Positions 9,673-19,617 of a DNA stretch of 64,000 nucleotides are shown here, piece by piece. The stretch is from Patescibacteria group bacterium. GTDB taxonomy: Bacteria > Patescibacteriota > Patescibacteriia > JAXHNJ01. The stretch is from NCBI GenBank assembly GCA_041649715.1, contig JBAZMP010000001.1, forward strand, positions 18,741-82,740. The letters are read 5' to 3'. How positions within the stretch are numbered: position 1 is the stretch's first letter; each line of letters starts with the position of its first letter. The notes beneath the pieces were generated by a model. That model had not been told where the DNA came from, did not search any database, and saw nothing but the letters and a program-made list of their open reading frames with translations. The position numbers were made by a program, and so were the translations under genes.

Positions 9673-10555
9673 AATTGTCCTTTCCGTGATCATTCCCACC
9701 TTAGAGCGGCCGGAGATCGTTTTTAACTTGGTCCAGGATTTATTGAACCAGTCATACGAGGATTTTGAAATCATAATCGTCGACCAAAGTCAGGCGGAAA
9801 ATAGGCCGCTTCAAGATTTATCCGTCGGTTCGGCCGACAAGATCAGGTATTATTTTCAACCGGGCCAAGGCGGCGTTTGCCGCAGCAAGAATTTCGCCCT
9901 CAAAAAGACGAAGGGAGAAATAATTTTGTTTCTTGACGATGACACGGAGGTGAAAGACCCGGATTTTATCAAGTATCATCTGGCCAATTATCTTGACCCG
10001 GAGATTACGGGCGTGGGCGGCCGGGTGGCGGATAAAAATGTCAAATTGAGGCCGAAAGCGAATGCCCCTATTTTGCGCGTCACCAAAACGGGGCGGGTCT
10101 TCGCCAATTCTGACGGTCAAGAAAAGCAGGAAATAAACGCCCCGCGAGGCGGCAATGTCTCTTATCGTAAAAAAGCGATCGACGAAATCGGCGGTTTTGA
10201 CGAAAGATTTGTCGGCAATGCCATGCGCGAGGAAACGGACTTTTCCCTGCGTATTTTTGAAAAGGGCCACAAAATTGTCTTTGAGCCGAAAGCGGTGGTG
10301 ACCCATTTGGGCGTCAATCGCGGCGGGTCTCGGGCAAAAAAAGATCGCCTGGGCTGGTATTTTGATTTTTTTCATAATGAGATGCTTTTTTTCCTGAAAC
10401 ATTTCCCCAAAAAATATTTGCCATTTTTGATCTGCCGGAAAATTAGGCCGATTATCGCCTGCCTGTTTTGGTACGGCCGCTTTCGGCCCAGGGCCTTAAT
10501 GACGCCCTGGCGGGGTTTTTTGGCCGGCTACCGCCACTATAAGTCTAGGTCTTAA
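9662..10555 (+). CDS. glycosyltransferase family 2
   Basis: SVIIPT, EIIIVDQ, FLDDD, GGFDERF, EETD. Confidence 0.92.
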   Translation: MLNKIVLSVIIPTLERPEIVFNLVQDLLNQSYEDFEIIIVDQSQAENRPLQDLSVGSADKIRYYFQPGQGGVCRSKNFALKKTKGEIILFLDDDTEVKDPDFIKYHLANYLDPEITGVGGRVADKNVKLRPKANAPILRVTKTGRVFANSDGQEKQEINAPRGGNVSYRKKAIDEIGGFDERFVGNAMREETDFSLRIFEKGHKIVFEPKAVVTHLGVNRGGSRAKKDRLGWYFDFFHNEMLFFLKHFPKKYLPFLICRKIRPIIACLFWYGRFRPRALMTPWRGFLAGYRHYKSRS

Positions 10556-10564
10556 AAAAATCGT

Positions 10565-12010
10565 ATGCCAAATTTTGGCTCAAGAGAAAATAAGAATATC
10601 GGCTGGTTTTTAACGGCTTTATTTCTGGCTTTAATCGGCGGTTTTTTGGCCGGCTATTTTAACCTTCTTGGTTTGGCCATTGTTTGCGGTCTTTGTTTTT
10701 TTATTTTAGCCTGCTTGTTCATTTTTAACGAACCTTTTTATGGCGTTATGCTGATCACTTTCTTTCTTCCCTTTGAAAGGATCGGGACGCTGGAAGTCTC
10801 ATCTTTTACTTTAAAGATCAATCATCTCTTCGGGCTGATAACTATTGTCGCCTGGTTCTTGACCATGTTGATCAAAAAAGAAGTCCGCTTCAAAAAAATG
10901 CCTATTATCGTGCCGCTCTTGCTTTTTCTCCTGATCAACCTTTTGTCTTTTACGCAGGCGGCCAACCTGATGCGGGCCGCCACTGTTTTTCTTTTCACTC
11001 TTTTGGCCATTTTAATCGGTTTGACGGCGGCCAATCTTATCGACACCAAAGAAAAACTAAAAAGAACGGTTATCGTTCTGTTCCTAAGCGCTTTTCTGGT
11101 GACGGTTTTCGGGCTTTTTCAGTTCGCCGGCGATTTAAGCGGACTGCCTCCCTCCATAACCGGCCTGAGAGATTTATACACAAAAGAGGTCTTTGGCTTT
11201 CCGCGCGTTCACTCCACGGCACTCGAGCCTTTATATTTCGCGAACTATCTTTTGATCCCCTTGTGCCTGGCTTTAAGCCTGCTTTTTGGCCGGAGCAAAA
11301 AGATCAAATGGTTCTGGCTGTTGATGCTCATTATTTTGGGGCTGACTAATTTTATCCTGGCTTTGTCGCGTGCCGCCTATATCGCTTTGGTTTTTTCCCT
11401 GATTATCCTTTTATTTTTTCATTTTCGGAATTTATTTTCCTTAAAACGGATCATTTACGCCCTGGTCGTTATTCTGGCCGTTTATTTTCTTTTTGTCCGC
11501 ATTTTTCATCTTACCGGCGACTTTAGTTTATATTTTGAAAAATTTTCCACCCAGGTGACCGGTATTTTTACCGGCGCCTCTTATACCGACCGGGCGGACA
11601 CCATCAATCAGGCCTGGGCGCTTTTTAAAACTCACCCTTACTTGGGCGTAGGGACGGGAAATTTCGGGCCCGAGGTCGCCTGGTACGCCTTGGTGACGCC
11701 GGAAAAAGGTTGGCTTATCGTCAACAATGAATTTTTGGAGATATTAACGGAAACCGGGATTTTTGGTCTATTGGCCTTTTTTGCCTGGCTGGCCGTTCTT
11801 TTTATCCGTTCGTTCCAGGCGGTTAGAAGGGCCAAGGACGCTTTCCTAAAAGCGGTGATGATCGGACTTTCGGCCGCTTTTATCGGCGTGATTATCCAGT
11901 ATCAGACTTTTTCTATTTTATATATCATTCATGTTTGGTTTTTATTCGGCTTGATGATGGCCGTCATGAATTTAATAGATCAAGAAAATTCTGATAAGAT
12001 AAAGATATGA
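10565..12010 (+). CDS. O-antigen ligase/Wzy_C family membrane protein
   Basis: RVHST..EP..FANYL, SRAAYI, HPYLGVGTGNF, NNEFLEILTETGIFG. Confidence 0.85.
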   Translation: MPNFGSRENKNIGWFLTALFLALIGGFLAGYFNLLGLAIVCGLCFFILACLFIFNEPFYGVMLITFFLPFERIGTLEVSSFTLKINHLFGLITIVAWFLTMLIKKEVRFKKMPIIVPLLLFLLINLLSFTQAANLMRAATVFLFTLLAILIGLTAANLIDTKEKLKRTVIVLFLSAFLVTVFGLFQFAGDLSGLPPSITGLRDLYTKEVFGFPRVHSTALEPLYFANYLLIPLCLALSLLFGRSKKIKWFWLLMLIILGLTNFILALSRAAYIALVFSLIILLFFHFRNLFSLKRIIYALVVILAVYFLFVRIFHLTGDFSLYFEKFSTQVTGIFTGASYTDRADTINQAWALFKTHPYLGVGTGNFGPEVAWYALVTPEKGWLIVNNEFLEILTETGIFGLLAFFAWLAVLFIRSFQAVRRAKDAFLKAVMIGLSAAFIGVIIQYQTFSILYIIHVWFLFGLMMAVMNLIDQENSDKIKI

Positions 12011-13299
12011 CAAACGCCATCCTGATAATTATCGCCTTAATCCTTTTTTTCCTCGTCTGTCTGAAGAGGCTGGATATTTCTTTAGGCCTGATCGCTCTGA
12101 CCCTTTTTAGCTATCTGATCCGTTTTAAAATATTCAATATTCCGTTCACTTTCCTGGAAATGATGATTCTGGTGATGTTTGCCGTTTGGCTGGCCAAAAC
12201 TCTGGTCAAAAGAGAGAAGATCTATTTAAGCTCGTTTTTACGGCCGGGCTTGTTTTTAATTTTAGTGGCTATGGTCTCGGTTATCGTTTCTCCGGATACG
12301 CGGGCTGCGTTAGGAATTTTTAAAGCCTATTTTATCGAGCCGTTTCTGTTTTTTCTGGTTTTTATCAACGTGATAAGGACCAAAAAAGAATTGAAATACC
12401 TCATTTTTTGTCTGGCCGTCGGCGCCCTTTTTCTGTCGATAATAGCGATTTGGCAGTATTTAGGCCTGATTCCCGGTCTTAAACCCTATATCACGGAAAG
12501 TCCCAAGCGGGCCACTTCACTATTTGAGTTTCCCACGGCGGTGGGCAAGTATTTAGGGCCGATTATCGCCCTGTTTTTTGCCCTGATCTTCGCCAACAAT
12601 AAAGTATTAAAAGAAGAAAACTACTTTCCTGATAAATTTTATCTTTGGGGAGTGCCGGCCGTCCTGTTGCTGGCCACTGTTTTTTCTTTTACGCGCGGGG
12701 CTTTAATGGGCCTGGCCGGGGCTTTTGTTTTCTTGAGTTTTTTTAGCCGGTACAAGAAAATTATCTGGCTGGGAATTTTATTGATAATGATTGTTTTTAT
12801 CAGTCTGCCCTGGGGCCGGCATGAGCTTTTGTCCGTTTTTTCCGGCCAGGATACCTCGACTGACGTCCACGCCATAATGTGGCAGGGAACCTGGCGGATG
12901 CTGAAGGCTCACCCCGTATTTGGGGCCGGCCTGGCCGGTTTCCCCGCTCTATATAATGTTTTCCGCGATCCCGCCCACGTGGAATTATTTCCTTACCCGG
13001 ATAATTGGTTTCTGGCCGTTTGGTCGGAATTAGGTTTGGCCGGTTTGGCGGCTTTTGGCTGGTTGATCGCCAAATACATCAAAGAGGCTATTTCATTATT
13101 ACGGAAAAATATTGATCCGTATTTCCGTCAGTTGATCTTAGGCTTGCTGGCCGTGATAATCGTCTTATTTATCCATGGGTTAGTTGATACGCCTTATTTT
13201 AAAAATGACTTATCAGTGATGTTCTGGCTTTTCGTCGGGATTTTAGCGGTCGTAAAAAAGACGGGCGAGGCTTGCCAAAAGGGCGAAAACAGTGTATAA
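12007..13299 (+). CDS. O-antigen ligase/Wzy_C family membrane protein
   Basis: RATSLF..P, TRGAL, HPVFGAGL, DNWFLAVWSELGLAG, HGLVD. Confidence 0.85.
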   Translation: MTNAILIIIALILFFLVCLKRLDISLGLIALTLFSYLIRFKIFNIPFTFLEMMILVMFAVWLAKTLVKREKIYLSSFLRPGLFLILVAMVSVIVSPDTRAALGIFKAYFIEPFLFFLVFINVIRTKKELKYLIFCLAVGALFLSIIAIWQYLGLIPGLKPYITESPKRATSLFEFPTAVGKYLGPIIALFFALIFANNKVLKEENYFPDKFYLWGVPAVLLLATVFSFTRGALMGLAGAFVFLSFFSRYKKIIWLGILLIMIVFISLPWGRHELLSVFSGQDTSTDVHAIMWQGTWRMLKAHPVFGAGLAGFPALYNVFRDPAHVELFPYPDNWFLAVWSELGLAGLAAFGWLIAKYIKEAISLLRKNIDPYFRQLILGLLAVIIVLFIHGLVDTPYFKNDLSVMFWLFVGILAVVKKTGEACQKGENSV

Positions 13300-13323
13300 T
13301 TAAGGGGTAAAATAAAAACAAAA

Positions 13324-15516
13324 ATGGCTAAGGCAAAAACAAAAAAATTCGCCGTTTTATTATCTGTATTTGTAATTACTTTGCCGGTAATTACTTTTTT
13401 GTTTACGCCTTCGGTTTCCGCCAAAGATATCAGCCTGGATATTATCACGCGGGCGGAGTGGGAAGCGGATGAGAGCTGGCGCTTTAATTCAAAAAATCAG
13501 GAGATTTGGCCGGCCGAGTACGCCAAAGTGGAAAAAATCATTATTCACCACACGGCTGGTTCATTGGGCGGCGCTGACCCGGCGGCCATAATCCGCGGCA
13601 TTTATCACTGGCATGCCGTTTCTTTGGGCTGGGGCGACATCGGTTACAATTATCTGATAGATGAAAAAGGCAATGTCTACGAGGGCCGCTATGGCGGCGA
13701 CGGAGTGATGGGAGCGCACGCCTACAACGACAAAACCAACGCGGGTTACAACCGGGGCACGCTGGGGATCGCTATTTTGGGGAATTATCAGACTGACGTT
13801 TTGACGAACGCGGCCAAAGAAGCCCTGACGAATTTAATCGCCGTCAAGGCCCGCGATTTCGGCTTCGCCCCCGATGGCCGCAGTATTTTTAATGACGAGG
13901 ATCTGCTTAATCTTGTCGCTCACCGGGATATTGACAGCACCTTATGCCCGGGAAGAAATATCTATTCGCAGATGGATCAAATTCGGGAAAGCAGCCAGAT
14001 AAAATATAAGGGTTTGCCGGGCCTGCCGGCCGCCGACAAAGAGATGACCTATGTTGGACAAAGCGATGCGACTTTGACGCTCAGTCCGGGAGAAGAAAAA
14101 GAAATGTGGGTGGATTACCGTAATGACGGGCGCTCAACCTGGAAAAACTATGTAGCCAGTACGCCGTATTTGTCCGTTACGGAAACCAGCCCATTAAAAG
14201 CTTCAGATTGGCTTTCCGACACGCAAGCCGCGGGGCTTTCGACACCGAACGTGGCCAGCGGCCAAACCGGGCGGTTTGTCTTCAAGATCAAGGCCCCTAA
14301 CGATGAAATCCGTTTAGACCAAAGCTTTCGTATCATATGGGATGAAGAAGCAGTTCCTGGTACTTCCTTTAATCTTCATTTAGAAATAACCGGCTTTGAT
14401 TACGCGGCCAATGATTTAAAGCACGATATATTAAAGGCCACCTTTCCTAAGGTCACGAGGACGGTCACAATCAACTACCAGAATATCGGGTTAAAAACTT
14501 GGGCGAAAGACGATATTTATTTGGCCATCACGAACGAAAACGGCCGCCAAAGTTCCTATTATGATGCCGCTTGGCCAGACCAGGGAGGAAAGATCAGATT
14601 TAATGAAAGTGAAGTGAAAAGCCAAGGGCGAGCGACTTTTACCTTTAAAATGCATAGCCAGGGCGTTGACGCCTATAAGACCAAATTTTCTCTGAAAAAA
14701 TCCGACGGTACTACTCTGCCGGGCAGCGAAAAAATCGTGGCCACGCGTGTTGATTCCACTTATCAGGGCAAGATCGTTTCCCAAACGGTGCCGGTCGCCC
14801 TGCTTTCTAGTTGGCGGCCGACGGTGACCGTAAAGTTTGAAAACACCGGTTTATCAACCTGGGGAAAGAACATCGTGCTTAACGTGTATGACGGCGACTG
14901 GCGCAACAGCGCTTTTTCCCATCAGTCCTGGCCGACCGCTTGGGGACATTTTAATTTTCAGGAAACTCAAGTGAGGCCGGGCGAAACAGCCACCTTCCGG
15001 CTGACTCTTTATCCGCCCGCGCGGGCCGGCACATATTTTACCATTTTTAAACTGGAGAACACGACGTCGGTCAGTTTGCCCGTGCAAGGGGAGACTCGCC
15101 TGCTTATCCGGGTGGATGATGCCGGCTTGAAATTAGCGGAAAGCTATCAGGCGGAGTTTCTATCGGTTTCCGCCCCGCCCGCCTTGCGGCAGTATCAGCG
15201 CTTTACTAATGTCGTGAAAATAAAAAATACCGGCACGCAAACCTGGGGCAAGGACGTGGTTTTGAATATCTATGACGCGGACTGGCGGGAAACCTATTTC
15301 CGCGATGAATTGACCTGGCCGGCTTTCGAAGGCGGAATAACATTTTTAGAAGATCAGGTCCGGCCGGGCGAAACGGCCACTTTCCGTTTTATTTATCGGG
15401 CGCCGGTCAAAACCGGGCTTTACCGCAACCGGTTCATGCTTTCCATCGCCGGCCGGGAATATCTCGGGGTTCCCGGTTCGGAAAACTCAGCCTTGACCAG
15501 AGTTGATCCGATATAA
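13324..15516 (+). CDS. N-acetylmuramoyl-L-alanine amidase (PGRP/amidase_2) with four NBR1-type Ig-like repeats
   Basis: IITRAEW, IIIHHTAG, GWGDIGYNYLID..G.VYEGR, GAHA, AHRD..STLCPG; repeated NTG..TW..V.PGETATF. Confidence 0.9.
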   Translation: MAKAKTKKFAVLLSVFVITLPVITFLFTPSVSAKDISLDIITRAEWEADESWRFNSKNQEIWPAEYAKVEKIIIHHTAGSLGGADPAAIIRGIYHWHAVSLGWGDIGYNYLIDEKGNVYEGRYGGDGVMGAHAYNDKTNAGYNRGTLGIAILGNYQTDVLTNAAKEALTNLIAVKARDFGFAPDGRSIFNDEDLLNLVAHRDIDSTLCPGRNIYSQMDQIRESSQIKYKGLPGLPAADKEMTYVGQSDATLTLSPGEEKEMWVDYRNDGRSTWKNYVASTPYLSVTETSPLKASDWLSDTQAAGLSTPNVASGQTGRFVFKIKAPNDEIRLDQSFRIIWDEEAVPGTSFNLHLEITGFDYAANDLKHDILKATFPKVTRTVTINYQNIGLKTWAKDDIYLAITNENGRQSSYYDAAWPDQGGKIRFNESEVKSQGRATFTFKMHSQGVDAYKTKFSLKKSDGTTLPGSEKIVATRVDSTYQGKIVSQTVPVALLSSWRPTVTVKFENTGLSTWGKNIVLNVYDGDWRNSAFSHQSWPTAWGHFNFQETQVRPGETATFRLTLYPPARAGTYFTIFKLENTTSVSLPVQGETRLLIRVDDAGLKLAESYQAEFLSVSAPPALRQYQRFTNVVKIKNTGTQTWGKDVVLNIYDADWRETYFRDELTWPAFEGGITFLEDQVRPGETATFRFIYRAPVKTGLYRNRFMLSIAGREYLGVPGSENSALTRVDPI

Positions 15517-15778
15517 GCATCTGGACACGATAACCGATTTCATATAAATCGCATATTTTTTTGTGAATCCGTTTATCGTCAGAAGGTTATCCATTACCTT
15601 AATAACATCTCTTATAATAATATAAATAAATTATCGCTGCGTTTTTTGTGGTATTCATAAGCAATCTTCTGCCTCTTGACAAGCAAGGAAAAGGGATATA
15701 AGTTATAGTATTCAGTTAAGAAGGCAAGATAAAAGAAGTAGTTCTTTAACAACCAAGATAGAAATGGAGGGTTTTATC

Positions 15779-16894
15779 ATGAAGAAAGAGATCATGCTGC
15801 CTGAGCGCCTGGCTGCGTCGTTGGCTATTTTGGACCTGACTGATCCAAAAAACGGCATCCATGCGATCAACTTAGTTGTGCAAAAAGTAAGACAGGCTTT
15901 AACAGTCGTCTACAAAGGCATTCCGGTTGAAGAGACCAGGAAAGATCCTATCGTCACCGTCAAAGAGAATTTTGATGACCTTCTTTTTCAAGAGGACAAT
16001 CTTGGTCGCTCTTCGCGCTATACGCGGTATGTGTCCGCGGATATGATTCTGCGAACGCATACCTCAGCGGCCGTTCCCGGCTGGCTGAATAAAGCGGTTC
16101 GCCAGGGAATCAACGATGCCATCATTGTCTTGCCCGGCATGTGTTACCGGAGAGATATCGTTGACAGGACGCATTGTGGAGAACCGCATCAGATGGATGT
16201 TTGGCGAGTAAAGCGCGGTGTTCCGCGGTTGGTACGTTCGGATTTAATCCGTTTGTTCGAGACTATTCTGAATAGCGTCGTACCGGAGTATCAGTATCGC
16301 GCTAATGATGTGGTGCATCCCTATACTGTTAACGGTCTTGAAATTGAGGTATTGGTGGACGGAAATTGGCTTGAAGTTCTTGAATGCGGCGAGATCCATC
16401 CTGCCATTCTGGGAAATGCCAATCTGGATCCGAGGGAGTATTCGGGTCTTGCCCTGGGCATGGGCTTGGATCGTCTCGTGATGATCATCAAAGGCATCGA
16501 TGATATCCGAGTCCTCCGTTCGGAAGACTCGCGTATTAAGCGCCAAATGGAAAACCTCGATAAGTACGTCAAGGTTTCTGATCAGCCAGCGGCTAAGCGG
16601 GTGCTTTCATACTCTACTTCAGCAGACAAGACAGAGGAGGATGTTTGTGAAGAAATCCGCGATGAACTCGGATTCGAGGCCTCATGCATTGAGGAGATTC
16701 AATATTCTGAGATTTTCTACGAGCAGTTGCCGGCAAAAGCACGCGAGAACTTAGGCATTCATCCTGATCAGAAGAATGTGGTCGTGACAATTTTGTTTCG
16801 TTCGCCAGAGGGCTCTCTTCAACGATCCATGGTTAACGAATGGATGCGACGTTTGTATCCGAAGCTAAACAAGGGGGACAGAGGATACATGTAA
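15779..16894 (+). CDS. PheRS-alpha-related class II ligase paralogue (SrmL-like 'PheS-related' family)
   Basis: ENFDDL, RYV...LRTHTSA, PGMCYRRD, HQMDVW, HPYT..GLEIEV, LEVLECG, GLALGMGLDRL..IDDIRVL; GGAGG RBS. Confidence 0.75.
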   Translation: MKKEIMLPERLAASLAILDLTDPKNGIHAINLVVQKVRQALTVVYKGIPVEETRKDPIVTVKENFDDLLFQEDNLGRSSRYTRYVSADMILRTHTSAAVPGWLNKAVRQGINDAIIVLPGMCYRRDIVDRTHCGEPHQMDVWRVKRGVPRLVRSDLIRLFETILNSVVPEYQYRANDVVHPYTVNGLEIEVLVDGNWLEVLECGEIHPAILGNANLDPREYSGLALGMGLDRLVMIIKGIDDIRVLRSEDSRIKRQMENLDKYVKVSDQPAAKRVLSYSTSADKTEEDVCEEIRDELGFEASCIEEIQYSEIFYEQLPAKARENLGIHPDQKNVVVTILFRSPEGSLQRSMVNEWMRRLYPKLNKGDRGYM

Positions 16895-16913
16895 ACGATT
16901 AATCATTATTTCG

Positions 16914-16988
16914 AAGGGTTACTTGCATAATCTGCAGTAACCCTTTTTAATATTATAAAGAGGCCCCGCGACACCAGCGCCGCGGGGC
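16914..16988. terminator. paired terminators between the convergent aaRS-like genes
   Basis: aagggttac../..gtaacccttttt and gccccgcg/cgcggggc hairpins. Confidence 0.6.
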
Positions 16989-16996
16989 TATTTAGC

Positions 16997-18445
16997 CTAG
17001 AAGACCGGAAATAACTCTACGTCACGTATGTCTTCCGTGTTGAGCAGAAGCATAAGGAGACGTTCTATTCCCATACCGATTCCTCGGCTCGGAGGAAGAC
17101 CGAATTTCATCGCACTTAATATGTCTTCGTTGATAACGTTGAGTTGAGTGCCTTTACGATAATTCAGCTGTTCTTTCATTCTTTGCCTTACAATGCCAGG
17201 ATCACGTTCCGGATTAACAATGTCGGCAACGAGCATTCCATTAATTACGAGAAGCGTTTCGTCAACGGTAGACATATCGTCGTTGAGTTTGTAAAGCGGG
17301 GATTGAGCGGCTGGTAGATTCCGGAGGAAGGCCGGCCCCGTGATTTTTGACATAACATAGGTATACAGGGCAGTTGCGATCGTATACTTGTTCACGACCG
17401 CCGGTAGCGGGATGCCCATTCTCATGGTCATGTTCGCGAGCAGTTCGATGGGACCATCCTCTTTATACACAAGACCCGTGTATTTTTGGATTTCGCCCCT
17501 AAAATCATAGGCAGGCCACTCATCGGAACAGTCAATCACTCCACCCGTTATCGGAAGTGTGGCAGAACCATAGAGTTGAACGAGGATTTCGCGTATCATG
17601 TCCCGCACCAGATCTTCCATTTTCTTCCGATCAGCGTACGCTTGGTACAGTTCCAAAATAGTGAATTGCGGGAGCATATCGGCCGTGGCGCCTTGATTTC
17701 GGAAGGATTTGCCGATTTCGAAAACCTTAGAAAAACCGGCAATCATTAACTTCCAAAGGAAAAGTTCAGATGTCACCCTGAGAAACATATCGTTGTCTGA
17801 TTCGACTACGTGCGTCACAAAAGGATCCGCTAGCCCTCCTTCAAAATTTTTCAGCAGTAGGGTTATGGGAGTTTCCTCATAACCCTTTTGGTGAAGAAAT
17901 TGCCTGATTGTCCGGATAACTAACGCGCATCTGCGAAAATGCAGCAGTTTTTCCGGATCCCTTATTAGTTGGAGATGCCTTTGGGTGTGCCAGTTTGTTT
18001 TCTTGTGGAAATCAACGTTAGTGTCGTATACATCGCCGACTGCCTTGGAGAGAAGTTCAATCTTTTTTCCGAGAAAAACAGGGTTGTTATCGACACGGAG
18101 TTTGGTCCCTTCAATCATCACAATATCACCGTAATGAATGGTCGTGTTTATGGTCCGGATATTTTCCGGTGTCCGCGTTAAATAAACCGGAATCGAAACC
18201 CCGTTACCCTCGATTCGCTCAAGGATGATGACGTCTTTTTTCTCAAGTTCTCCAAATAATCCGAACTTAGAAATTTCTCCTGTCCTGTCAGCGAGCATAA
18301 GCCTACCGACTAACACAATTTTCTCGCCGTAACCAACTGTGTGGAACTCTCCCGGTTCAATAGAAACTCTCGCCACCTCACGACGGTAAGCGAGAGCATC
18401 ATTGACGAGGGCATTCATCCTTTTTCTCTCACTTTTTCGAGCCAT
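16997..18445 (-). CDS. divergent class II lysyl-tRNA synthetase paralogue
   Basis: OB-like N-domain, QRHLQLI, GGLADPFVTH, VFEIGKSFRNQG, motif 3 GLPPSRGIGMGIERL, IRDVELFP. Confidence 0.8.
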   Translation of the reverse strand: MARKSERKRMNALVNDALAYRREVARVSIEPGEFHTVGYGEKIVLVGRLMLADRTGEISKFGLFGELEKKDVIILERIEGNGVSIPVYLTRTPENIRTINTTIHYGDIVMIEGTKLRVDNNPVFLGKKIELLSKAVGDVYDTNVDFHKKTNWHTQRHLQLIRDPEKLLHFRRCALVIRTIRQFLHQKGYEETPITLLLKNFEGGLADPFVTHVVESDNDMFLRVTSELFLWKLMIAGFSKVFEIGKSFRNQGATADMLPQFTILELYQAYADRKKMEDLVRDMIREILVQLYGSATLPITGGVIDCSDEWPAYDFRGEIQKYTGLVYKEDGPIELLANMTMRMGIPLPAVVNKYTIATALYTYVMSKITGPAFLRNLPAAQSPLYKLNDDMSTVDETLLVINGMLVADIVNPERDPGIVRQRMKEQLNYRKGTQLNVINEDILSAMKFGLPPSRGIGMGIERLLMLLLNTEDIRDVELFPVF

Positions 18446-18564
18446 GAGGCTAACCTCCTGTTATGGTTTTTGAATGTGCCGCAGAGAAATTTATTTTCTC
18501 TGTTTCTTGCCTTAACTTATACCGTTTTATCGAAAATGTCAAGGGTTACTCCAGAAAGCATTAT

Positions 18565-19101
18565 TTACCTTTTAAATACATCGTACTTAAAGTCCTTGTA
18601 GGTCATGGAAGGTCTTGGCCCCTTGCTGTTTTGATATTTGCCTTTGTATAAGATTATGTTTCCAAAGGGGACCCAGAAACTTACTTGAGCGATAAGAATG
18701 CCGGGATATAGGCGGACCGGAAGAGTGGCGTATAACTGAAATGTGGTTACTCCGTGAGAGCCTATATCGATCAAATCGGCCGTGACGTGCACAAAAAGGC
18801 CCATTCGAGCGGTGCCGGATTTACCGTGGATCAGCGGCACATAAAAATCACTCCCAATTCTTTCATTTGAATGGCCCAAGACAAACTCACCTTGTTTCAA
18901 AACCAAGCCGTCATTGGGGATTTTTATTTCTACGTAAGGAGTCTCAACTTTTGGGTCGATAATTTCGGCCTTATAGCGTATGATTGTTTCACCAAGAGAT
19001 AAATCGTAGGAATTAGTGGTCACGCGGTTTTCTATAAACGGGTTGATTTCAATTTTGCCGTTTTTCACCTCCTCAATAATTTTGTTTCCTGTTAATATCA
19101 T
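18565..19101 (-). CDS. dCTP deaminase-like protein (catalytic Glu appears replaced by Gln)
   Basis: MILTG..I, NSYDLSLG, GKSGTARMGLFVHVTA..ID.G..G.TTFQL, YKGKYQ. Confidence 0.85.
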   Translation of the reverse strand: MILTGNKIIEEVKNGKIEINPFIENRVTTNSYDLSLGETIIRYKAEIIDPKVETPYVEIKIPNDGLVLKQGEFVLGHSNERIGSDFYVPLIHGKSGTARMGLFVHVTADLIDIGSHGVTTFQLYATLPVRLYPGILIAQVSFWVPFGNIILYKGKYQNSKGPRPSMTYKDFKYDVFKR

Positions 19102-19612
19102 AATTTTTTTGATCGCCAGGCGTTAATGATTCTTGCGGGTGATTTAAAAACCCATAACGTCCGCAGTATTTCTTAAACAAACCGTAATTTTTCCAAAACG
19201 AAACTTGCCCGATAATCATCCCCGGGTATAATTTAATTGGTATGGTTGCGACCATTTCCAGAGTCCATTTATGCGTTGATGAGGTGTGGCCAAGATTTGC
19301 CGAGCATTGGAGAAAGAGGCCGTATCTTCCCAGAGAACTGCGACCAATGAGAGACATGGCATACTTCTGGCTGCCGATTACTTCGTAAGTTGTCGCCAAA
19401 TACATTTTTTTTGCCTCCAGGATATACCCTTCCCGGGGCATCTCAATCTCTTCAAAAAATGATTTATACCCATCAAATCTTTCAAAAACTTTCAATACGG
19501 GGCCGAGTCTGTAATTATAACTATTGGGATTAACTTGTTCGGTAGAAAAAGGTTTTATCGTAATATTGCCCCTTTTAACCTCGTCGTTAATTTTACTACC
19601 AGTGAGAATCAT
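19073..19612 (-). CDS. dCTP deaminase-like protein
   Basis: VNPNSYNYRLG, GRSSLGRYGL, WTLEM, LYPGMIIGQ. Confidence 0.85.
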   Translation of the reverse strand: MILTGSKINDEVKRGNITIKPFSTEQVNPNSYNYRLGPVLKVFERFDGYKSFFEEIEMPREGYILEAKKMYLATTYEVIGSQKYAMSLIGRSSLGRYGLFLQCSANLGHTSSTHKWTLEMVATIPIKLYPGMIIGQVSFWKNYGLFKKYCGRYGFLNHPQESLTPGDQKNYDINRKQNY

Positions 19613-19617
19613 AAAGT

